64,000 bases of DNA from Octopus sinensis (lineage: Eukaryota): contig NC_042998.1 in NCBI RefSeq assembly GCF_006345805.1, positions 103,726,001 through 103,790,000 of the forward strand, read 5' to 3'. Numbering within the stretch: position 1 is the first letter of the stretch; every line of letters begins with the position of its first letter. The notes below the pieces were generated by a model. That model made no database searches. It was not told where the DNA came from and was given only the letters and a program-made list of their open reading frames with translations. Positions 52,082 to 64,000 of the stretch are shown piece after piece. The position numbers and the translations under genes are program-made.

Positions 52082-54373
52082 GTTGATTAATTACCGGGAA
52101 GAATCATATCTCTGTTTATGTTTATCCCTTTGATTTGAACATATATATTTAGAGTAAGCTATACTATGCCTCTTAGGATTTTTAAAATTAGATTGTCTCC
52201 AACCCATAATTTGAAACCAAAGTATTTATTGCCTCAAGAATTCAAATCTTTAATTTTTATACGTCGCTTTTAAATTCATTATCTCATCATAATTTCAACG
52301 ATTCACTCTGTAATGAAATGTCACCGTTTTCTGATAGGATCGAAACCTTCGATCATATATACACAATATCTGTTGAAACGGATGGTGTGGCTATGATGGG
52401 AACATCTGTTAAGGTTTTATTGAGTCTAAACAAAAACGGAGAAAAACAGCTTCCGATCTAACAAATCGGTGTTTACGTCTATCATTCAACTAAAATCAAA
52501 CACTGCATTCTTAGAAAAATGGAACGACACATCAAGTGATAATACAGTTCTTGACATGCATTTGACACCGTGATGGTGCTGACTAAAATGCCTTAGATCG
52601 TAAGAGTGATTGATCAAACTTGATATGGGACAAAATATCTACAAAAAGAACTACAAAGTTGGACCTGTGTGGACGTTTAACAATCATAGGGAAAGCAACT
52701 AAATCTCACTCAAACCATACGCTATCTTGAAAATAGTCAGATACGTTAGTTAATAAAGAGTAAGATGTAGAAAAAAAATCCCTGAGATTGTCAGACACGA
52801 AATATCGTACTTGTAAGTGATCTCGATCAGGATTGATCTGGCACTAAACAACAACAATTACAATCTCTATGCACTGTTAGTTATTTTTTTATTTATTTAT
52901 TTTATATTAATCGTTCACAGTAATAATGTCGACAGACACAATTCTTTGGCTAATTAACGAAATAAAAGAACGGAAGAGTGGGGGGAGGAAAGAAAAAAAA
53001 GAAGCTAGAATGATAAAAGAAGTGAAGAAAATAACAAAAGAACGCCCCCAAATTTAGGGATCTCAGTAAGTATATAAATATATAACAACAAAACACCAAA
53101 CAAAGAGGAAAACTGGGTTAATTAGAAATAGTCAAAATAATGTTAGTAGGTTAATACTTATAGATAATCCGACTGTATTAGGGAGATAAAAGCGAAGGGA
53201 TCAACTTCAGCTTCACTGGCTGCCTTTCTTGTCTGAGTACCCGGCTCCTCTGAAAATAGTTTTGATATACATTTATAAAGTCACTCATAGACGTGCATGC
53301 ATATACACACATATAATACACGTACAAGTGTTTATATATATATATATATATAATATATATATATATATACAAAACTCCCCCACACATATACATGTGGTAC
53401 AGGGATGGCAGAAATAGGTGAATAAGAAGAAAGACAGATATTGCGCGATTTGGTACGAATCTAGAAGCTAGATTAGGCGGTTTATTAGGTTAATCAGAAG
53501 AATGAAGAAGATGTTGGTTAATTCGTTATGACTTATATATAGTAACAGGGTTACCTGCTTGGCAGATTGAACGATTTACGCGCCAACCCTCAAGCTCCTT
53601 TCCCTGGATTTCCTCCTTTGTAAAATGTTTAGTACACATTCTCTCTCTCTCTCTCCTTGTATGCATTAATGTGCGCGCGCGCGTGCAGCCCCAAGCATGG
53701 CCCCAGTCTAATGATTGAAACAAGTAAAAGATAAAAGATATATATATATACATATATAAAGATATATATATATATATATGTTTGTATATATTGTATTTCG
53801 GGACGGTCATTTTATTATTTTTGCCAAATTCACACACGCACTATATATTCGTTCTTCACTCGTTTATTGTAACTCAGGTCATTGTCCGGAAATCTTTCGT
53901 CAGACATCTGTGACTTCCTCAACGACACTTTCCGACAACATATGTGCAAGAGCACAAGGTACCTCATTTCACGTTGCTTCAGTCTAGTAAACAGAGGGAA
54001 AAAATGAATACCAAGCTTGTGTTGGCTCAGCCTTCTCTCCATCCACGTATGAGTTATTCGATATACTGCAGTGTCAAATATGAGATGGTTGACAAGGTAT
54101 TTGTGTCTGTGAGCATAGCAAAATTTAGAGAAAACATAGTGCGTGCTACTAAAGTATACTCGCTAGTGAAGGACAACTTTATCATGTACACACACAAGCA
54201 CATATTTTGTCTTTGAATAAAACTAAACTTCCTACATTTTATGTACATATATGCATGATGCATACATTTGCGTCGGACAGTCAGGTGAACGATAGCAGGC
54301 CAAGAAAAGAACATATGTATATATAGCGCATGGCGTTCAATTAAATAAATATAATATAAATAATATATATATT

Positions 54374-54943
54374 TGCATATATGGGTGGAGGACGTCAACA
54401 AATGTGTAAACAACAAGAAATACGAAAACAAACGAGTTAAATACACAAAGAACGAGAGGAAAATTGAAAAACAGGACAAGTAAACAGAGACCGCGACCCT
54501 TCATCAGTTGTCGGCTGTCTATCTGCTCCTCATTTCGAGCATTCAACGACAATATGAGTCTTCTTTATCTTCTACCTTGTCTCTTTTCAAAGAGAATAAT
54601 TCTCCCAGCGTTCACTATTTTCCTCTCGTTGTGGTCTAAAGATCACCCATGTTTGTTTTAGTTCGGTTTCCTTTTATGTCTCCACCGTCTTGTTTTTGTT
54701 CCCAAATTTAACCTCCATAAATCTTAAAGTTTATTTTAGAATTTCTGGGAATGACTGTCTTTGAAGACTCATATTGTCGTTGAATACTTGAAATGAGGAG
54801 TAGATAGACAGCCGACAACTGATGAAGGGTCGTTCTCTGGGTTTACTTGTTCTGTTTTCTATTTTTCTTTGCGTATTTAACTCATTTGTTTCCGTATCTT
54901 TTGCTGTTTACACAGTTGGTGATGTCCTGCACCCATATATGCA
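54374..54943. mobile_element. Foldback element with ~190-bp inverted arms
   Basis: 54374-54563 and 54763-54943 are imperfect reverse complements; single-arm relatives occur near 31030-31200 and 39985-40120. Confidence 0.8.
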
Positions 54944-55399
54944 TCACTTGAAGAAGAAGTGAGAGTAGAGGGGGAAGTTTTGTCTAGTGAATGTTTCATA
55001 ATAAGATGGGTGAATGCAGCAAGGATGGCACGTGTGAATGACGGAGCCGGCTTGAGCATAATCCTAAGAACCAAAAAATAGGAAAAAAAGAGTCACTTAC
55101 TGTAATGTTTTTTTTTTGCATGACATTATTACTCAAGGGTACCGTAGTCTTTTCCGTAAGCTTTTCTTTACACGGATAAACCTAATCTATTTTCCCTTTT
55201 TACATTGACATTTCTGTGATACACGATCTCTATTGATTGGCCTTTTTTTTTTCACCACGATTCCTGTTGATCAAAATTTTTTTCTCTTCTTCTTCCCAAA
55301 AAGAAAAGCTCTACTTTGTATTTTGTCCCCTCTGTGTTCAGCCCTGTGTGGCCAATACAGAAACATATATATATTATTTATATATATATTTTATATATA

Positions 55400-55461
<62 letters not shown>

Positions 55462-55597
55462 ATACATACATATGTATCTATGTATATATATATATATACA
55501 TACCTCATTTCTTCTAATATATATGTATGTATGTATACATATATATATATATACATACCTCATTTCTTCTTTGCACCCTATTTCACTTTGCTCCAGT

Positions 55598-56151
55598 TCA
55601 CTCAGCTGTGGAGTTGAGTTGCGACGTCACGGGTGCCAAGCTGTATTGGTCTTTGCCTTTCCTTTGGATAACATCAATTGCGTGAAGAAGGAGGACTGGA
55701 ATGTATGGACGATTACTGCCCTTCCATAAAAAGAACCTTTCCGGACTTGTACCTAGGAAGGGAATTTTCTAGGTGCAATTTCATGGTCATATCTTATATA
55801 TATATATATTTAATAAATTAGTAATTCGCTATCTTGGAAGGCATGTCGATGAAACTAGAGAGCTATTTTGTAAAGTTAATATCATCTTAAAAGAAAACAC
55901 ACACATGCACGTAAATATATAAATCCTACTAAAACGGTCGTTAAGCAGAATGGCTTGATTACAGACAGGCATTCATTTCCACACTCCTGCCTTGTAAACT
56001 AACTGCAGTTTGCAAAACGATCCATTGCAAAAATATCTATATTACTTCAGTTGATGGAACTGAAATACTCACAAAAACCTGGTGAAGAATCTTTCCATAC
56101 GTAACCGAAAGCAACGATTTTCTCCGAAGGCACCATTTCGAAGAGGTGAAC
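55598..56151 (-). CDS. Two candidate phase-compatible exons (56151-56073 and 55752-55598) of an unidentified gene
   Basis: Donor GTGAGT and acceptors CTCAAACAG / TTCCCTTCCTAG. The spliced product reads [77 protein letters not shown]; alternative frames are not excluded. Confidence 0.3.
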
Positions 56152-56599
56152 CTGTTTGAGCGACTGTTCAATTTGGCATAAAATTAATTGATTGCTTTTA
56201 TGAAAATCCACTGTATACGTGCTAAGACTTTACATAAGAAAGAGATAACATCTGCGCACCCTTCTACTTTCCTGTAATATTGTTGTTCTTTTCGTTGTCG
56301 TCGTTGTCGTCAGCTCTACCAAATCGTTAAAGATTCCAACACCAGTGTAATTATTCATAATGTTACAAATTGTAATGCTAACGATCAAGGTGGTATTGTT
56401 CATGGATCTGAAGATGTATTCGATATTTCTCAAGGAACTTTCTTCAAATATTTTTCAGATTCGAAATTCTTTTCTTCACAGTCATTTTTTTTTGTTTGTT
56501 TTATTAAATTTGGGAACTCATTTTCTATTTACATTCATCAAGGCAGCCACCAGTTTAGAAGCGTTAACCAAACTTCTACTGTGGAAGGTGCCATGTTAA

Positions 56600-57468
56600 A
56601 TAGTTATTTCAAATTTTTGCAACAAGGGCAGCTTGAGGTGGGGAGGGGGATGAGTCGATTACATCGATCCCAGGGTTCAACTGGTACCTATTTTATCGAA
56701 CCCGAAAGGATGAAAGGCAAAGTCAACCTCGGCAGAATTTGAACGTAGTGACAGGCTAAATACCGCTACGCATTTCGTCCAGCATGCTGACAATCTTGCC
56801 AGCTTACCGCCTTGAAGCTATGTTAAATGAAGTTTAAAATGTGTTCTTTGGGAAAACGGCAAAAATTAATAAAGCAAAATAATAATAGGTTCAAATTTTG
56901 GTGCAAGACCAGTAACTTTAGTAGGAGAGGGATAGTCGATTACATTCGTATCAGTACTTACTGACATCAATGTTACCATAGTTTGTTGATCCTGAAAAGA
57001 TAATAATAATGGTTTCGAATATTGGAAAAAGCCCAACAATTTTGGGGGAGTGAACAAGTCGTTTACATCAATCCCAGTGCACAACTGGTATTATTTTATC
57101 GACTCCCCAAAAGAATGAACACGAAAGCTGACCTCGGCGGCATTTGAACTCAGACTGTAAAGAGATACAAAAGATGTGGCTAAGCATTTTGTTCGACGCG
57201 CTAGCGAGTACATCTGTTCAGCGATTTAGTAATAAGGATAATAATGATAATAATCATGATTTCAAATTATGGTACAAGACCAGCAATTTCAGGGGAGTGG
57301 GTAAGTCGATTACATCGTTCTCAGAGTTCAACTGGTACTTATTTTATCGATCCCGAAGGGATGAAAGACAAATTTGACCACGTGGAATTTGAACTTAGAA
57401 CGTAAAGATGGACGAAATGTCACAAATTATATTGTCCGGTGTGCTAACGATTCTGACACATAACCGCC
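56600..57468 (-). mobile_element. Cluster of four same-orientation SINE family B copies
   Basis: Related cores at ~56600-56815, 56880-57000, 57030-57210 and 57260-57468. Confidence 0.8.
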
Positions 57469-57559
<91 letters not shown>

Positions 57560-57578
57560 TAATAATAACAATAATAAC

Positions 57579-57631
<53 letters not shown>
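57469..57631. repeat. (TAA)n microsatellite
   Basis: Direct inspection. Confidence 0.97.
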
Positions 57632-57633
<2 letters not shown>

Positions 57634-58940
57634 TTGGAAAGAACATATAGAATAAGGAATATAGGATATGATGTGAGATTGGAAGAAATGAAACAAAGAT
57701 TAGTAGCGATCAAAGCAAAACTGGAAAGATATGACAATAGAACAAAACTATTCTGGCAAAACAGATTGTTTGAAGCAAATCAAAAGAAACTGTTTCAGGA
57801 ACTATTTGGGCAATTACACGTAACAATGATACCCGATACAGAAGAAAGCAAGGCGTTCTAGAGAAGGATCTGGGACCAACCTGTAAAGTATAATGATGAT
57901 ACGGAGTGACTGCATGAAAGGTTAAGAAATATAGAAGGCAATAAAGATATAAGATAATTATAGAAATGATAAAAAGTAGTTAAAACATTTTCCAAGTGGA
58001 AGAGCCCAGGATCGGATGGGGTCCAAGTTTATTAGACGAAAAAGCTGAGAGGACTCCATGAAAAGGTAGCGCAACAGCTAGATGAGTGCTTGCGGTACCC
58101 ATCTGGATGACAAAAGTAAAGAATTTGTTGTGAGCCAAGGATCCTGAAAGGGAAATGTTGTATCCAACTGTAGACCAATAACGCGCCTTCAGCTGTGGAA
58201 ACTAATGTCATGTGCGTTGGCTGTTGAATTGTATAGATACTTGAAAACAGTGGGCTGCTACCTGTTGAACAGAGAGGATGCTGAAAGAGGACACGGGGGA
58301 CGAAGGAACAGCTGTTAATTCATAATCTAATTATCAAGGACTGAGAGAGAAGACACAAAAAATGAAACAGCATAGAAGGAGAAAAATGTGCCGACAGTTT
58401 GTAAGAGATACGGGCGTCAAGATAGATACAGAAGACCAGTGGTTATGAGTGAGGAGGAATGACCTGAAGATAGCAGCAGAAGCATTCATATGCGCAGCTC
58501 AAGCACAAGCGTTAAGAACCAACTATGTGAAGTGCAGACAGACAACACTACCGACAGCGACAAAAGCAGAACAAGTGGTGAGAGGAGTAAAACGGCATGG
58601 TACATCGTCAGCGAATGTCCTAAATTGGCCCAATTCGCATACAAAAACGACTGATAATGTGGCAAGAATGATCCATTGGAAGCTCTGTGAAAATCACGGC
58701 CTTCAAAGAGCAAAGACTTGGTATGAGCAAACCCCAGGAATTAGCGAGAATAAGAATTGCAAAATACTGTGGGATGCAATGCGTCAGTGCGATTACCTAA
58801 CCAGGCTTCAGAAGCGGGACATTGTTGTGGTAAATAAAAAAAGAAAGAATATGTATGATAATCGACATAGTATATCCCGGTGACAACAGGATCAAAGAGA
58901 AAGAAGAATATTAAAAAAAAAAAAACTATGACAATCTGAA
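57632..58940 (+). mobile_element. Decayed R4/Dong-type non-LTR retrotransposon (most of RT deleted)
   Basis: KAKLERY...QNRLFEANQKKLF; KSPGSDGV; RPIT; EQRGC-KRTRGTKEQLLI; EAFICAAQAQALRTNY; IVSECPKLAQ; WKLC; KILWD; DIVVVNK (RLE region); multiple stops and frameshifts. Confidence 0.88.
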
Positions 58941-59312
58941 GTTACACTGAGTTATAAATCTTGAGATTTACACTCAGTTAAAATCCCCCAAGATGTAGCA
59001 CGTAAAAAAATTGAACTTTCTTTTTTGTTTGCAGTACCAGTGGCATTGATATATATTGCGGTCGCACTAGGGTATATAGACCTATAATGCCATTGATGGC
59101 ATTGAGACGCCATCAGAACTTTCCAGTTCATATAGACGGTAGCCTACATTGATCAACAGTCTTTCCAAGTCACAAAAATGATGGTGAGCCAAGGATCGAC
59201 TTATATCAAATATTCATACCCGAGGCTATATAATACGCTGCTTCAAATATCGAGAATATATTAGTGACTTGTCAACTCATGAGCAGATGCTTTAATCAGA
59301 TAGGCGCCCTCG

Positions 59313-59515
59313 GAAGGCGGTGAGCTGGCAGAAACGTTGGCCCGCCGGGCGAAATGCTTAGCAGTATTTCGTCTGTCTTTACGTTCTGAGTTCAAATTCC
59401 GCCGAGGTCGACTTTGCCTTTCATCGATAAACTAAGTACCAGTTGCGTACCGGCGTCGATATAATCGACTGGCTCCTCCCCAAAAATTTCGGGCATTGTG
59501 CCTAGAGTAGAAAAG
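59313..59515 (+). mobile_element. SINE family B, monomer with full head
   Basis: GGCGGTGAGCTGGCAGAAACG... head, B-box and core. Confidence 0.88.
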
Positions 59516-59548
59516 ATAGACCCCTTCGAATTTATAAACACATGTTTG

Positions 59549-59588
<40 letters not shown>

Positions 59589-59619
59589 CGCACTCCTATA
59601 CACACAAACACATTTATGC

Positions 59620-59689
<70 letters not shown>

Positions 59690-59993
59690 ACACATGAATA
59701 TATGTGTATATATGTGTATTTAAATTTATTTATACACACATATATATACGCCTATATGAGATATATTCGTAAGTAAATACATACGCATATATGCCCACAC
59801 GCACACACAGACAGTTATACGCAAACACACACAACGAGGAACATCAATGAGCATTTATAATTAGCATATCAATGCATGTATTACACTAGATACTAGCATG
59901 TAGAACACTTGTGATGCGTTGTTAAGTAAATTATTTTGGGCTATATATTTAAATATACATACCTTCACGAATATATATATATATATATGCGTG

Positions 59994-60027
<34 letters not shown>

Positions 60028-60784
60028 CATACAAAGTACAAACAGAGACATATTCATATATGTGTATCTGAGTGCTGCACATCTATCTATCTATTTATCT
60101 ATCTATCTATCCATCTATCTTTCTATGCATGCAGATCTGTTATGGATATTACGCATATGCCGTTAAATACACACACACACATATATGCATGTATATACAT
60201 ATATATACACTTGTATATATATACATATATACATATGTATATATATATGCACATATATAAATGAGTGTGTGTGTTTGTATGTCTGAGTGTGTTTGTATGT
60301 TTGTGTGTATACCTACACTCACACGCATACATACGCATATACATACGCACATACATACGTACATACATATAAACGTACTTACATACATTCATACATACAT
60401 ACACACATACATACATACATGCACACATACATACATACATTCATACATACATACACACATACATACATGCACACATACATACATACATACATACATACAT
60501 ACATACATACATACATACATACATACATACATACGTACATACTTACATACATACATACATAGGCACACTCATGTCTAAGCACACACATTAACAACATGAT
60601 ACGAACATATGACATAGAGACAAGCCTGCGCAGTTTATATCCCAACTTTTGCTTTCATGGCGAGAATTCAGTGAAAAGACTTAACTTCTAATATAAAACA
60701 CATCGTACAACCAAATACGTCGTTAAAAATTATACGCATGCATCAGAAGCTCATACAAAACAGCTCATATTTATGATGTGTGTG

Positions 60785-60865
<81 letters not shown>

Positions 60866-60886
60866 GTGTGTGTGTGTGTGTATATA

Positions 60887-60926
<40 letters not shown>

Positions 60927-60968
60927 TATATATATATATTATATATATATATATTATATATATATATG

Positions 60969-60999
<31 letters not shown>

Positions 61000-61176
61000 G
61001 CTTGTGTGTGAGTCTGGTGGTGTGTGTTTGTGTGTGCATGTATATCTCTATGTATGTATGTCTGTACGTACGTATGTATACGTTGGTATTGATGTGTATA
61101 TCCGCCTATACACTTGTATAAAAGAGTATCTATAGATATATGTATATATATATAAATATATGTGTATGTGTGTATA

Positions 61177-61217
<41 letters not shown>

Positions 61218-61218
61218 C

Positions 61219-61251
<33 letters not shown>

Positions 61252-61846
61252 CACAGAGATTTATATACATACATAAATACACACACACGCACACACACAC
61301 ATATATATATACACGCACGCCCGACGCACGCTCATACATACGCACGCGTACACACATACACACAAACACACACACCCAAATATATTCTGATAAAGATATA
61401 TGTAGATGTGCTTTCAAAAGAAATGTATCTGAATGATGTATAATGGTATAATTCAGGTGTAGCACTTTTTATTTTACCTTTTCCGATTCATAGCATACCG
61501 ATAATGGCAATAAACATAAATCTTTTGGTGTTGAATACGTTACTCGAAAGCTTTGTGGCGAATTTCTATTATGTGTATATGTGGAGGTTTTCTATTGTAT
61601 AGCTTTCTGTTCTACCTATCTTTATGTTTTACAAGTTCTACTTTTTCTTTTTTTTTCTCTTTTTTCCTTGCTTTCGTTGTTTTACACTTTCTACTAATTT
61701 ATTCCTTTGCTATATTCATTCTACCTTTCTCTCCTTTCTGTTCCTCCTGTATCTCAACTTTTCCCTGTAATATATGTATCACTATCAGATTGTTTCTCTC
61801 CCTCTTTCTCTTTTATACAGTTATATATATATATATATGTATCTAT

Positions 61847-61885
<39 letters not shown>

Positions 61886-62107
61886 ATTCCAGTAAGCTTA
61901 GCAATATTTATTCACTTCATGTATTAATCTTCCTTTGTATGCGGACACACGTATAGAGGCATACACAAACATGCACCCACACATATAACGAGATAGATAA
62001 ATAGATGTGTTTCTATTTACAGATGTGTCTATGTATGTATATACATATATATATATGTGTGTGTGTGTGTCTGTGTGTATGTGTACATATGTATATATAT
62101 ATATATA

Positions 62108-62138
<31 letters not shown>

Positions 62139-62382
62139 AGAAGGTTGAATAGGAACATACGAGTTGATATGTATAAGGAAAATAAGATATTGTAGGAGAT
62201 GCTAAAATAATTTTCTCATGAAGACCATTATATATATATACATATATATATATATAAGTATACATTAAATATTTATATATTTACATACACTCGTATACAT
62301 AAACATTGTTGTATATATGCATATATATATTATATATATAATATATATATATACACCACACACACAACACACACACACACAC

Positions 62383-62432
<50 letters not shown>

Positions 62433-64000
62433 TTATATATGTATATGTATATATATAAATGTAGAATATATAAGCATACGTGCATATTATTAACAATTGT
62501 GTTTCGAGAGAACAGGCAGAAATTTTCTCATAACATCACATCATACATCTATGCTTCAAATTATTTGAGGAATACTGTCTTGGGAGAAATACATGACTTG
62601 TAATTGAAAACTGGTTATAATAACCTTGAATTTATTTACATATCCAACTTATTCTACTGGGGAATGTTGAAGATATCAGTTTATCCCTTGTGTTTGAGGG
62701 TAGTACGCCAGGAGGACATCCACATTAGATGCTCAACAGCCTCAGAGAGGGCAAGCTACTACTTGCAGGTGTGATAGCTTTACATTGTTATAGACCAGTC
62801 GGAGTGGAATTTGCCATTGCAAGCACTTCCTCACAACTAAAATAGTTATCGCTATTGTGAGAGTCAGCAAGAAGGCGTAAGCTGCGAAGTTCACCTTTTT
62901 AGTCCAAATTGAAACAATGAATGACTGAGAGCTGAAAGTCCGCTTAGGGAAGCGGGGGAAGTTCTCAGAAACTGTCTTTTCGACATTATTGAGGCTTAAT
63001 ATTGTGCTGATCTTAGAAGTATCCAAATAGGTGGTTTTGTTAGATCTCTTCATTCCTGAGAGGACCGCATAAAAAGCCTACAGAATGCTTGGAACCACAG
63101 GGGCCAGTAGGAAGAAGGCCGTGAGTTTGGTTGTGGGGGTGGCAAAGGTTGCTTCATAATGACTGAGGGTCATGTTGTGTGTGACCTGGGAGGGGTAGAT
63201 GCTAGTGCGTCTCAATTTGTGTGCGTGTGAGAGTGTGCGGCCGTGCGCGCGTGTGTGCGTGTGTGCGTGTGCGGTCGTGCGTGTGCGTGTGTGCGTGTGC
63301 GTGTATGCGAGAGAGCCTCTGTGCGTGTGTGTGCATGCGAGAGAGCCTCTGTGCGTGTGTGTGTTCGGTGCGTTTTAAAAGTAAACGAACCGTATTATTC
63401 TAAAAATGTCGGCAGAAATGTGGCCAATGTATTTTCGGTTTTCTCTGTTTGTCACGTAATTCTCTACACATTGATTTCCTTGGACTCCATATTACGGATA
63501 TTATCTAGAAAGTAGGTTTCTTCACAAAATCGCAGATACATGCAAATCATAAAATGCACTCTTAGACTCTCTTCGTGTTGCCTTTCTTCAAGCTATATTT
63601 GTTACCATTTATCAAAAGAGTGTTGATAACTGAACTTAAAAGTTCTCCGGGTGAAACGCCATATGACATTTTATCATTTGCATTATTCATATTCTTGAGT
63701 TGTTATTGCGCTGAAATTGTTTCATTGTTGAATTGCTGATTAAATAAGCATCCAGCTGTAATATCTTGTACCTTTATATTCACTGTTGCATTCTCAGTAT
63801 TGCTTCCTTAAGGATATTTTTAATGCATATTTCACGAATAAAGTCGATATCTATAAAATTAAATTACGAATTAAAAGCAGCTGAAATAATGTAAATATTA
63901 TCAGTCGCATATGATGTGTTCGCTTATACGCCAAATTTACTATGATATAGGGTCCGGAGATAGCTTCCCAAAAGAGTTCGAGAGTGAAAGAACATCTGAA

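Noticed and set aside
53878-53958. 81-nt plus-strand exon-like segment
   Set aside because: The apparent donor lies in an antisense SINE-E-like fragment (CAACGTGAAATGAGG), and two frames are equally open.
55064-55100. Perfect GTAAGT donor 37 nt from a strong acceptor on the minus strand
   Set aside because: Too short for a typical metazoan intron, and the upstream segment is not a convincing exon.
1876-63515. Most of the ORFs in the track, rich in YI/HT/CV/MYVC/LSIY/poly-L/I/N/Y runs
   Set aside because: They are translations of (AT)n, (CA)n, (TACA)n, (GATA)n and (TAA)n microsatellites, with no coding evidence.

Overview
AT-rich, microsatellite-saturated eukaryotic genomic DNA, with (AT)n, (TACA)n, (GATA)n, (TAA)n and (CTA)n tracts. 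The repeat content looks like a coleoid cephalopod (octopus-like) genome; this is an inference, not a database result. No host protein-coding gene could be identified with confidence, and almost all ORFs in the supplied track are microsatellite translations. The window is a mosaic of mobile elements: (1) at least five tRNA-headed SINE families; (2) four non-autonomous Helitron copies, two of them in perfect head-to-tail tandem; (3) a fairly young 5'-truncated CR1-type LINE (APE plus RT, minus strand); (4) RTE-type LINE 3' fragments, one ending in three C2H2 zinc fingers; (5) R4/Dong-type LINE relics beside TAA/CTA microsatellites; (6) several Tc1/mariner (DD37D/maT-like) relics and foldback MITEs; (7) Penelope-like relics, including a GIY-YIG remnant. 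One tRNA-Ser(AGA) gene or pseudogene is present. The most notable signal, which the ORF track cannot show, is a set of at least seven minimal type I hammerhead-ribozyme motifs from several Penelope-related families; one has a fully canonical core and two share a variant core. There is also a perfect 73-bp-arm hairpin. A few splice-flanked unique segments may be exons of unidentified host genes (low confidence).
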